NCBI GenBank assembly: GCA_040954595.2
Contig: CM082584.2
Coordinates: forward strand, 4,592,110-4,656,109
DNA length: 64,000 nucleotides
Direction of reading: 5' to 3'
DNA from: Balanoglossus misakiensis
Taxonomy: Eukaryota; Animalia; Hemichordata
Shown here: positions 1-11,993 of the stretch, piece after piece
Position numbering within the stretch: the stretch's first letter is position 1
Layout of the letters: each line of letters starts with the position of its first letter
Notes under the pieces: generated by a model
What the model was told of the DNA's origin: nothing
What the model saw: only the letters and a program-made list of their open reading frames with translations
The model's database searches: none
Made by a program: the position numbers and the translations under genes

Positions 1-150
1 TTTATTCAGTATTTTAAAGGGTGTACATACTTCAATTATATGAGTGGAAAGGGTTTATATGAACGCTTTAGGTGTGCCCTGGAGATATCATTTTACAAAT
101 TCTGTTGTCACTGTTCAGAAAAGTTTATGAATTCAAGTCTCTATGATAAA

Positions 151-339
151 TACTGTAAAACAGGAAATTTTCGCAACAGGAAATTTTCGTACGGGAGGAT
201 TAATTTTGGCATTCTTGTATTTCACTAACTGCATCGTTATCTTCAAAAACATTTTACGCAACATTTTGTTTTAACGTTTTTTGGCTGTCGTTAAGTTCAT
301 GAAAATTTATCGTTTGCGAAAATTTCCCGTTTTACAGTA
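151..339. mobile_element. MITE family A (TA-CTGTAAAAC...GTTTTACAG-TA), Tc1/mariner-type TA TSD
   Basis: Terminal inverted repeats with TA flanks; related copies at 11786, 23738, 41144 and 45255. Confidence 0.75.
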
Positions 340-370
340 GATCATATAAGATGTTTTGCAATTTTTTTAG

Positions 371-3300
371 TTAAATGGAATCCTCCCAAAAGGGCAGTTG
401 ATAGCCCTGGATGGAAAGGTGATATACCATCAGATGATGTAGATGAAACTGCTCATGCTCATCACCACTTGTTGGATGTCGTTGCCCTGGATACCAGTGA
501 CCTGCATACACCTGCAGGATATGAGAACACAACACATGGAAGTAAGTTAAATTTGCTGTCTGATGTATGTGTATAATGTGTGTTCAATTGTATGTATGTA
601 TGGTGAACATTTTTAGCCCAGACTGATTTTCTGATTGCTGTATATAAAGTGTAATTATATATGCAGTTTCCTAGGGGTGATGTAAATCAGAATTTCAGTC
701 CCTACAATGTCCATTGTCACTATCAGCTAGCGTGCCAGTTGGCATGATTTTACAGAAATAGAAAAACTACCAGTTCTTTGATCTGGTGCACTTCAGTCCT
801 ATATGCCGTTGAATTGCAGGGTCCTAGTTGTGACCTCACAATAATGTGCTAAAATTATGGTGTACATGTAAATATAACCATAATATCTAAGAGTCCAGAT
901 GAAATGGGACCATATAGTGTCTTTGATACCTTCTTCATCTTTATTCTTCAGGACCTTCCATTGTGCCACCTCCAAGTCATGACCACAACGCTGACAACCA
1001 AGAGGATCATGAATTTGACGAGTAGGTTGTTGATCAGTTATACCACAAGTAGAAATGTTAATCGTCACAAGCAAGTAGTATTGTATGATTGTTGTCACTC
1101 ATAAACCCCTGTACCCCCAATTTCCCAGTAAGAATGTATCAGAAGAATGGACTATTGATGATTTTTATACACTTTTATGAGCACTTAATTATCCTGCATA
1201 TTTTTCGCTCCCTGGCATTTTTATAGAATAATCTATAAATGTTATTGATCGGTTTTGAACATGCACCTTGATAAGCGATGTGCCCTCTGACAAACATAAT
1301 TTTTAAAAAGGTTGGAGTCAATTTGAGGATTTCTGAAAATTTCTCTGAGTCAGCCCTATACCTTTGCATGTAGTGCGGATAATTTTCTTGAGTCACCAGT
1401 GAGTTTGTTGAGTCAGTGGCGTGTCACATGGTCTTATAGGGCACGCTGATGATATGTGTACTTAGGCCAAAATAAAAAATATGTGCCGTTTTAACCCGCC
1501 GACCCTAAACTTTTAAGAGCCTTCGTAAACCTGGAAGTAAAAACAACGATGTGAAATATACTATGACGTAATATTTCAACACTATGGCGGCCAGAGAAAT
1601 AAAAAAAATTATTGTATTTTTGAAACCATGTAATCGGAACAGCACATATCATTTTTTTGGCCTTAAAGTGTACTTCTAGCTAGCCCCTGTTTCTTCTCCT
1701 CCAAGTGTTACAGGCGTCAGTGAAGAGGAAGCCAGAAGCTTACTCTTAAATTACGTCATTGATCACTGTTGCTATGGTAAAGCAGTTGCTAATGATATGC
1801 ATATCACAACTATCCAGGAGAGCCATTCTTTATATGTAAGTATTATCATAATTTTGTTGCTTTTGTGATATATACCGGTAGATGATACCAAGATTTGTAT
1901 TAATACTTTTATATTACCGGTATTTTGATGTTCCGAATGCAATGGGTCAGTGGCCTTTTATGCAATAAATATTATTAAAAGCAATTTGTCATCTACAATT
2001 AATCAGCACATAATTCAACTTGCCACAAATATTGATTATAGAGATATTGCAACGCAGCTGGCCGTGGCCACATTGGTTATTTAACACCGGTGCTACACCA
2101 CCCTATTTTAAACTGTGCAGTCTCATTCTTGATGCAAAAATCTGACATTGGACAATTCGTGTTTTTTTATTTCAGTATAAGCTTGAAACATTTGCTGAAG
2201 GACGTACTACATCCTGGACTTACGAGAAATATGTAGGCAAGTATTAAGTGATTAGATCTTGTGAAATGAAATTGGTTGCCATAGTTTGATTACCATAGTA
2301 TGTTAAGTGGTCAAGTTTTTGAAAGTACACAAATTTCATCTAAATATGATGATGATGATGATGATGAGGATGATGGTGAGAGTTCTAAATTCTCATTTTT
2401 CCTCAATAATCATCGGCCCTCTTAAACTGCTTAATACCATTGCTTTGAAATAAATGTTGGTAGGCAGGTTCCTTTGTTCAAATGCTGCCGGATATTTGTG
2501 ACTTCTCAAAGGGGTACCTATGCATGATCCTTACACTTCAGTTTACAAGGCATATTTGTACCAGTAATCATATTTGGTGTAATTGATGCATCATCAAATG
2601 TGACTTATCTTTGCCCCAGTGGACAATGATTACTAATTCCTTTCACCTTCACTGCCTCAATTATGATGACTTTCCGGTGATAGTACCGGTACTTACAGAG
2701 CTAATGTATTATGGGGGTCACACACACACCATTAAGACGGTTCTGAAGCATCTCAGATCAGATGTCGTCTTTAAAAAAAAACATGTGTGGACGGTGTAAG
2801 TGGTCCTGAAACGTCTCAGATTTGAGACGACTTTGCTGGTCAGACCTGTCTTCATGGTCAACAACTCTATTTCAAAGAACATGCTGCAACATCTGTGGTT
2901 TCAAGGGCATTACTTATTCAAAGATGCATGCAAAAAAAAGTAGAAAAAGTAGTGATTTTATAATTGACCAGACAGCTTTCAAAAAATAATCATTATTGTG
3001 TTAATTCTGGTTTTGTTTTGAAATCCTCAGGTCAAGTGATTGAAGGGCCACAGAAAGGAACAACGCCCTTGCCTTGGGAAGTGCCTGTGGATCCGGATGA
3101 AATGTTTGAGAATCAGCTGAAACGAGTGGAAGTGCCGTTCACTGCTACAATCAAGACTTGTTATCTTTGCAGTGGTGCTGGATATAACAGATGCTACAAG
3201 TGCCATGGACGGGGAAAGGTAACTTCATTGTTGCCACTGTATATCTAACTTGGCTGTAATATTCTCTCATGGATCAACTCTGGTTTTTTGTTTTACTGGG

Positions 3301-6300
3301 GATAGCTTTATGAAATGTTCAGTCTTCAACTTCTCAACAAAGGCTCATGAGTGATGGCCTTGTTATTGTTCACGAATTAATTCTTGTTCAGATTTGAATT
3401 CAGTTTTCAACAATAACAAGGCTAATTACTACAAAAGGATGGTGTTGAAAACCAAATACGGAGCAATTTTCTTTATGTTTTACAGAGAACACCAAGAAAC
3501 CATAGTTGATACCCAAAACAAAAATATTGAGATCATTCATTCATTCATTCATTCATTCATTCATTCATCCATCCATCCACTCACTCTACTCAACCACCAA
3601 CCCACCCAAAAACCTTGATATATATCTAAGATATACTTAAAATTCTCCTATCAACTGTTCAACGCATGAAACAAACAATAATCAGTCACATGTGATGTCA
3701 GTGGCTAGGCTTATAAGAGTTGTGCGCATGCAGCTTTTTGCTAATACATGATCCAGTTTAGTGATAAACAATATCTAAATTATCATCTTAATCCTGAGAT
3801 AAATTTTTGACCCCCCCCCCCCCCCCCGACGTTCCTGACTTCCTTGCCTCACCTAAAAATTGTGCTACATAATTAGTTCACAGCTGAGCTGAGATACTTG
3901 CTTCTCTTCTTTCAACGTAAACAGTACCACCAATAGGGCCACTGATAATTACCCTGCAAAGTCTCAAAGATTAAATGCACCAACAGTGAAGTGGCTGGCT
4001 GATTAGCTTGTTCAGGCTGTCCGACCTTCTCAATGTGGTGCCAGTACATCATCCATATGATATCTATATATATAGTTTAATCAAAAATGCACTATGAATA
4101 AAAGTAGGTCAGCTGGAAATATAAAGTTCAGAGCTCAATGATTTGATCTATACACACAAATTCACATGTAGATTTCATGCCATTCTCAAAACTGCAGGAC
4201 CATGTGAATGCACCTTATTAATGCAGTTTCAGGGTGTGTCAATAATAGTTCTATGTACCCCTCTAGCAGCTTCGTTGTACCAAATTTAGTTTGAAAGTGA
4301 TATCATGAAAAATATTGTACTGTATAGCGTTTCATCTGGTGACTTTTCTACTGGTACAAGTAGAATTATTTATACTAAAGCTGTTTTAACATGTACTGAA
4401 CAAAATTCTGAATAACTTAAATCTCTCAAATAGTTTCTACAAAAAATTCTTTTGAAAATTGAATATTTCTCATAAACTACAGGTGAATAATGGATATATA
4501 GGTATCCACAAAACTTTGAGATACGTTTAACAGAAAAATTAAATGTTGAAGTATCGAGTTGTAAAATTATTGTTCCAAATATGAATGCAATGATATGTGG
4601 CTCCTATATTCTTGACATCCTGAAAAATATTACATTGAAAGATTCATTTGTGTGTAACTGCAGATGCTTCCACTCTTGCACACAGAACCTTTTACCTCTG
4701 AACCTTTTAGTCTATCAGACTATCTGAATTAATATCTTTCAAAATTTTAATGTTCACATCACTGACATCATATGTGCTCATACTGGTATGACGCATACAA
4801 CAAATAAACCATTATGCCATATGGGTTGTTTGTTTTATGCAAAATTGTCCATTACAGTAGATCTATACTCAGACTTGCATGAAGATATGCATGAAAAGGC
4901 AACATACCTGGTAGACAAAGTGGCATATAATGTTATGATCCCCACTTATGATTTCAAACTTTGTTCTTGTCAGAGTATTCTTATCGTCTGAGCTAGGACT
5001 TCTTCATGAACAATGATGTGTCCCCTTGGCATTAAAATTTGCAATGCATTTGAATAAATATTTGTCTAAGGCAAAAAAAAATAATATGTGCTGTTCTGAT
5101 TACATGGTTATATGGTTTTTAAAAAAAGGTAGGTAGGTAGGTAGGAAAAAAAAAATTATTTTGCAATTTTTTTTATATCTTTGGCCGCCGTTGTGTAGAA
5201 GAATGACATCATAGTTCTTGCGTGGGCTGCATACGATTTCATCATCGTTCTAGAGTGATTCGCGCAATTTTCATAAATTTTGTATTTTTGATATCTTTAT
5301 TTTTATTTCCGGATTTGTGGAGCTCTAAAAAGTTTAGGGTCGCTGGGTTGAAATTCGGGTAGGTTGGGTAATCGGAACAGCACATATTTTTTATTTTGGC
5401 CTAAATGGAACAATGCATACTGAAGAATGACATATGAAAGGAAAATTAATGCTTCCCCATTTACACTACCCTTTTTTGATTTGAAGGTTCGGTGTAAGTT
5501 TTGTGGTGGCAGTGTTCATGTCAAGCACAAAGATATCTTCACAAGACAGTTTTGTTCTGGATGCTCTGGAAGTGGAAGGGTTAGGTACGTTTTATGTTTT
5601 GTATTTTGTGAGAATTTGGTGTAAAAATCTGTTATAAATGCCCCAAATCAAACAACATTTGATAATATGGTTGTTTGAGAATTATAATGACAAGTCTGTC
5701 AATGGCTAATGATCTACCATCATTTTAATATCCCATACAGGCCATATTGTCTTCAGACTTGAAACTTAATCATTCATTTCTGCACTGTGGGAATTTATTG
5801 GTCTATTTTAATTACAGTTAATTGCTACATTTTTCAGGTGTGCAATCTGCCATGGAGATGGAAGAATAGTATGCAAAGTATGTGATGGCTATAGACAATT
5901 AAAATGGTTCATTGAACTCGTGGTCAAATTGTAAGTCACATTTCAACCTTAAATGTGTGCTTGTACTTATCTGTGGGTGTTGCAAACCCACCTCTCCTAT
6001 ATAATAATTCTGAACTAGATTTAAAGCCCCAGTAACTTTGGGCTCTTAATTTCTTCAGTATTTTTCTCCCATGTATCAACTCTGGCTTCTTGTTCTACTC
6101 CGGATAGCTTAAATTATGAATTTTGATTCTCAACGAAGACTCTATATGAGTAACAGCACCATTGTTATTTTTAACAAATAAATTTAAGTCGAAAGGGCTA
6201 ATTGACTTTGTTTTACAGAGTATAACAAGTTGATACCAAGAATACTGAGAAAAATTAACAGCCATAAGTTGCATATTCTGGGGCTTTAAATCACGCAATT

Positions 6301-8535
6301 AAAGTGAAATCCCAGTAGTCCAGTAAGAGGCTGTAATCGTAACTAAAAGTTAAACTAGACAGTGTCTTTGATGCTATTTTATACAAAACCTTACAACCAT
6401 TGTATGAAAAAGATATGTGGCATTTATTTCCGTAGTCAACATATTTTTTAGATAATCATTTGTTGTTGAATTGCTGTTTGGTGCAATAATTTGTATTATA
6501 AACACGAAAAGATTATCCATATCGGCATGTTTGCAGCTTGATAATTAATGCAATTGTTGAATGTTTCATGTCTTGCAGCACAAATCATGTGGGAGAACAC
6601 TTTGTGGGCTCGACAGCCATTCCTCATGACATCATGAGAGTGGCAAAAGGTCATTCAGCTTTGAACCAATGTGACAAGAGGGTAAGTACCCTTGACCATT
6701 AACACTCTGACCTCCTGACCCTTTGAACTTGGCTCAGAGAGGTCGATTGCAAAGGTAGTACCCCCCACATACACACACAAATTATGTACACTCGTCTTTG
6801 AATGACATTCCAGTAAATTTGACGAATAGCATAATATTGTTAATTGTCATTCCAAATCGTACAAACTCCACACCAGCGTAAATTAATATTTGGCATATCA
6901 CTTAAATTTGTTTCTATAATATCTGCATGCAGTTTCCCTTGATGGAGGATTAACTTTAAACTTTAAGTATCCACTCTTAGATTATGTGTATATATAGTGG
7001 TATATATGTGGCAATTTTCACATCTACGTCATTCCTGTGAAAGAAAGCCTGTTTCACCAGTGGCAGTCTATTGGCTCCTTAAAGGGTGTAAAGATCTAAG
7101 TTTGCCATCATTGAATAACCAAACTGTGGTATTTTGTGTGGATACGTGAACTCGACAGGATATTTTAATGTTTTATTTCTCCAAAACTGGCAAAAAATTG
7201 AACAATTTTGATTTAATAAACCATTCCTATTATAAGGACAATTGACTTATAAATTAAAGTAATTTCAATGCATTTTGGGATGCAATTTTCAGTGCCTTCT
7301 TGCAGATATGTTTTCACAATATCCCTGGGTAGCTGCATGTATAGTACACGTTAATTTTTAAAATATGATAAGTGGTTTCTGAGAAGGAAAGTTGAAAGTT
7401 AGATGAAATTGGCAAACAATAGAGTAAAGATTTGGCAGACAATATGGAGAAAAGAAGGCACAATGGACAAGTGATAAACTGAACCAAAGTTTGTGATATT
7501 TCAGCTCCAATTTTTGAAAAACAAAACAAAAATGAGGTCACCCTATAACTCAGATATGCTTTTGGGCATATTAACATACCAGTGATACTGGCAATATGAT
7601 AAAGAAATTCACATAAAGTGCTTCTTGGTTCTTCTTAGGTGTGGCCTATAAAAGGATATGTCAATCAAGAGATTTGTGAACAGTCCAAGAAGTTATTTGG
7701 TCAACAACTTGGTAATACAATCAATGAGAGAATATTACAACAGGTAAGTTAGTGACTGTGTCAGAGAGACAACACCTAACGTTGTATATCAAGATACTAA
7801 TTTATTAGCTGTATAGATCGACTACCATGAGATAAATCAGCCTTTAACTTCAATCTTGTGCACTCTAATGGGAGAAATGTGCTATAAGGTTCTGTATTCA
7901 TCTCTTGTGGCCAAGTATCTCACCACAGACACTTGTATGTATATTGTACTCATTAAATTCATATATAAAGTCATAATTTATAATTAAATAAATTTTGTGA
8001 TTGGTTAAGGAACACAATTTTTGATGCCAACTAGTAAACAACAATATACTAGTATCTCATCACCTGTGAAACTGATAGCTGATTAGAGAGAGCTCAGTAA
8101 ATAATAAATTGGGTGTCCAGAATTCTTGCCGTTTGATTTATTGTTTTTGTATGTAAATTATATCAAGTAGTCGATCAGTTTATGTCTGTGACTATTAATG
8201 TTAGATTTCGGAACAATGTTGGTTTTTATTGGTGACAGTAGTTTTCCTACATTGGCTATAAAGTATCAGCACTCATCTGTATGGAGTATGTATTTTGTGT
8301 CAAAAAATTAAACTTGGCCATAGCTCTGTTTCATGCCATTGACCATTACATGGGTTGACCACCAGTGTCTCATTTTGATTTTTTCCAGCGACACATGTTA
8401 CAAGTTGTACCTGTGGCAGAGATATTGTATGCATGGAATGGAAAGATCCACAAATACTTTATCTATGGAAATGATCACAGGATTTATGTACCAGAATATC
8501 CACAGAAATATTGCTGGGGATGCCAAATACTATAA
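371..8535 (+). CDS. SSUH2: SSUH2 homolog (ssu-2 family, DnaJ-type CxxCxGxG zinc-finger repeats); 5' exon(s) upstream of the window
   Basis: Exons joined in frame: 371-541, 952-1021, 1706-1835, 2176-2236 (GC donor), 3031-3218, 5487-5584, 5838-5930, 6579-6681, 7639-7743, 8389-8535. Translation gives SEEEARSLLLNYVIDHCCYGK, YKLETFAEGR, GPQKGTTPLPWEV, repeats CYLCSGAG/CYKCHGRG/CSGCSGSG/CAICHGDG/CKVCDG and the end YGNDHRIYVPEYPQKYCWGCQIL*, all typical of SSUH2. The first two exons are less certain. Confidence 0.88.
1462..1665. mobile_element. MITE family B, PIF/Harbinger-like (GGCC termini, TTA TSD), internally deleted
   Basis: TTA-GGCCAAAATAAAAAATATGTG...CACATATCATTTTTTTGGCC-TTA; related to 5067, 23029 and 49192. 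Confidence 0.75.
3533..3580. repeat. (TTCA)n/(TCCA)n microsatellite
   Basis: Directly visible. Confidence 0.9.
5067..5404. mobile_element. MITE family B, PIF/Harbinger-like (TAA TSD)
   Basis: TAA-GGC...ATATGTGCTGTTCTGATTAC...GTAATCGGAACAGCACATAT...GGCC-TAA. Confidence 0.8.
6021..6289. mobile_element. Kolobok-like element family E (TTAA-AGCCCCAG...CTGGGGCT-TTAA)
   Basis: Terminal inverted repeats with TTAA flanks; partial relatives at about 3263-3420 and 24213-24361. Confidence 0.65.
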
Positions 8536-8562
8536 AGGAATATGGTCATCTCTTATTTGAAT

Positions 8563-8625
8563 ATGTCTATATATGGTCAAAAGATGTCTATATATGGTCG
8601 AAAGATGTCCATATATGGTCAAAAG
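8563..8625 (+). repeat. 3 x 21-bp tandem repeat (ATGTCTATATATGGTCAAAAG) in the SSUH2 3'UTR
   Basis: Directly visible; one substitution each in units 2 and 3. Confidence 0.9.
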
Positions 8626-10798
8626 GGCTTGTCTAAGTCTCCTAGTGATCATTTGGTGAAGCACCTTTTTTCACATGTCATCGTGAATGATGGCGTGGTC
8701 CAGCTTTTATTCAGTCGGGTCATGTTGGCTTTTACATGTACATTTATTTATTGACAGAAAACATAAAATAATACCAGCATTTAACACATGAACCCAATGC
8801 ACCCATTGCAAATCTCACAAACTCATGTTCACTGCATACCAGATGTACGGTACGTTATTTGAATATGTTTCGCCTGGTAAATAATTCTGTTTAAATTCTT
8901 GCCAACAGCATATAAAAATCCTGAAAATTATTGTAGTGTACATCCAAGAAATACGTATTTTCACCACCTTTTGTGGGTTGCATAATAAAAGAGGCACCAG
9001 TCAATATTATTCTTCCAGTATGTGCAGTGAACATACAATGTGTTATGTTAAACCAAATTTGCATTGGGTGTGGTATCAGAATCTTTCATCAAAGATGACT
9101 TGGTGAGATATAGATTTGAACTTGAAATACTGTTGGTATTTATTAACAAGGAACCTGTCTGTACACTTGAACCCCTTGGCTACCTAGTGTGTCAGAAATT
9201 TCCGGCACCATATTTAATTGTTGTATACCTTACATGCTGGATATAATTCTGGCGTCAATTAATACGAATCTGTAGTTCGTTACATGGCTGCTTGCTAAGT
9301 CAAGGGGTTAATTGAGAGAGGCTTGACAGAGGCATTGAGCTGTACATGTGCTATATTGATGGCTTTAAGAAATACTTCTTTTTTAATTTGGGAGCTGAGG
9401 CCGTGAGAAACAATGACTTAAATTAGATGTCTTGGCATAGGCCCAGACAACTCAACAGGTGTCCTATCATTGTCACTCAACCAGGAACATATCCATCAAA
9501 ACTGAACTATGAATATATATACATTTTGTGATAGCAGACAATTATGACATGAATGTAAAACTTTATTTTTCATTTTTGCAACTGTGGACCAATGAAAGTC
9601 TGAGCGAGTCTGTTAATCTCAGTCAAGCCTTTTCAGGCTTGGGTGACACATACACCTTTGCTCAAGACTAATTGCCAAGTAGCTCATGCATTTAACTTTA
9701 ACATTGGGAAAATAGAGAAAGTTATCACCCTAAAAATAAGAATGATTTTATGAACAACCACCTTTTTTGAGGTGGTGATTTGTCAGTATTTTTGTGCAGG
9801 GACGTGCTTGCTATGTGAAATTGATACAGCAAGTCCTAGTCAAAGGCATTTTGTGTTCACAAGTTCACAAGTGACTATTGTAGCTTGACACATCATAGGG
9901 GTGAAAGTTGACAACTATATTTTCCTGAAAGTGATAAAAATACAGTATTGTTTTCAGATATCTTTTCTGTGTGTTTTGACTCATTAAATTGGTGACTTTT
10001 TTTATAATTGCCAGGAACACTGATGTTGATTGTGTTTTCAAACAGACAGCTAGATGAAACAAGAGAAGTTTAACCTGGCAGAGCACATAGCATTTGCATA
10101 TATTATAAAATGTGTGTTTTTGTATAATTATAGCATTTACAATTTAAGTCACGTCTTGAGTGCAGTCAGGTGTTTTGACCGGCTGCTGGCTATTAACTAT
10201 ATCACTGTGGTAGAAATGTGACTTGAATATATATACTGGTACTTAGTGTAGTATATGTAATGATATAATGACCGTAGTTGTTGTTAGCAAATGAACATCT
10301 GGTTTGCAGTCCAGCTGGTTTGCAGGACTTAACATATTGCAGTGTTGATCGAATGCATTTACAGTCATGCTTTATTTAGGGATGTCTAAACAAGAAAATG
10401 GTTGGTATACATAGAACAAGGGTGGAATATCCACAAATTTGTTAGACTTATGAACACGTCTAACAATGATGAGCTTCTAAACCTTTGTATTTTCACAGGC
10501 AAAACTTTTAAGCAGAGAAAGATATCTCTCTCGCTTTTTTCAAGAGACAGATTTTAAACTGTTTAATTGTCATGTATAGCTGTACTTTATTTTGCTGTCT
10601 TATCTATGTAACCCCCTTGCATATGGGCTGGTGGCCTTGGAACGCAATAAACGATTGATTGATTGATTGGAATATCCGAATGAACAGCTCTAGTCTGCCA
10701 ATAATTGTTGGACAACACCAGATAGGACTGGCAGAAAGTGATTATGTGTAATGGAGAGTGCATCAGTGATTTGGATTGAATCAGAGAGATATGAGATT

Positions 10799-11132
10799 TT
10801 AAAGGGACAAATTTAAGTCACTCTCTCACTGCCCACTGTTTATGTTATTCTTCATGTGGATATATAGTGAATCAACTTTCAACAACACACACCTTCCATC
10901 CCACTTGTAGACACTAGAGTGAAAAACTCGCCAAAATGAATAATTGGTCTCTACCGTTTATTCATTTTGGTGAGATTTTTTCTCACATATCCTTCAAACG
11001 GGATGGAAGTTGTGTGTGGTCGAACGTTGATTCACTATAAATCCACATGTAGAATAATATAAACAGTGTCTTGTATCAAACATAATTAATAGAAAAAGGG
11101 CAGCGAGAGAGAGAGAGACTTTGTCCCTTTAA
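10799..11132. mobile_element. Foldback element family D (TTAA-AGGGACAAA...TTTGTCCCT-TTAA), Kolobok-like
   Basis: Almost entirely palindromic; full copy at 50059-50419 and partial copies at about 27449-27607 and 54474-54706. Confidence 0.75.
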
Positions 11133-11310
11133 TACAACATCATAGATGTGAAAACCGACAATATTGGGGAACATGATTTGACATGATGTCTGACTTTACT
11201 GCAGAGAGAGCGTGTGTAATTGTTGCATCCTTTCACTTTTTTCTGGCGATTGTTCATCAAACTTGAAGGCACTGCACTGTCATTTTCCACTGGGTCACTG
11301 AATGTCAAAC

Positions 11311-11453
11311 TTAAGATGGGGCACCTCTACCTTTTGGCAGTTGCTATGGGCTTTTATAGGACATTTACACAGTGTTTTTGAAGGAAGCTGTCTGTAATGT
11401 CCCAAAATGGTCCATTAGCAACCGGCCAAAAGGGTACAGGTGTCCCATCTTAA
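11311..11453. mobile_element. Palindromic TTAA-flanked MITE (GA...TC termini)
   Basis: TTAA-GATGGGGCACCT...AGGTGTCCCATC-TTAA with arms of about 50 bp. Confidence 0.65.
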
Positions 11454-11785
11454 TTCTTTCAAAACATACATGAGCAGGTGTATTTAATGAGGCCCTGGCA
11501 TAAAGAAAAATCCCACTGTATTATGAAATTGGCTGCGTGAAACCTTTTAGAAACAGCTACTTAGCTGAGCTATTATTTTATTTTTGATAATATGAACATT
11601 ATTTTTTTTAGCAAATAGCAACCTCCAGTGTTGAGAAAATTATCTATCAACTACATGGCAGCAACTGTTTACGTTAATAACTCATTTCAAAGTGAAGTAA
11701 TTGAATTGTACTTGCCAAAAATTTTGTGTATACACAATCTGATGAAAATAAGACGTAGAGCAGCTCAATCTTTACATTTGCTGGT

Positions 11786-11993
11786 TACTGTAAAACACTT
11801 TTTGCGAGTTGAAATTTTTGCGATATCGAGAGAGGCCACTGTTTCACGAGTATTAATTTTCGCGTTCTCTTTTTGCATTCACTCAATCGTTATCTTCAGA
11901 AAAAAATTACGAGACTTTTTATTTTCATGCTATTTTGGCTCTCGCGTATTTCGCATAAATTTATTGCTAGCGAAAATAAAGTGTTTTACAGTA
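11786..11993. mobile_element. MITE family A copy
   Basis: TACTGTAAAACACTTT...AAAGTGTTTTACAGTA; close to the reverse complement of 41144-41354. Confidence 0.8.

Noticed and set aside
8563-8625. Short direct repeats as a possible CRISPR-like array
   Set aside because: Head-to-tail units without spacers, in eukaryotic DNA with no cas genes.
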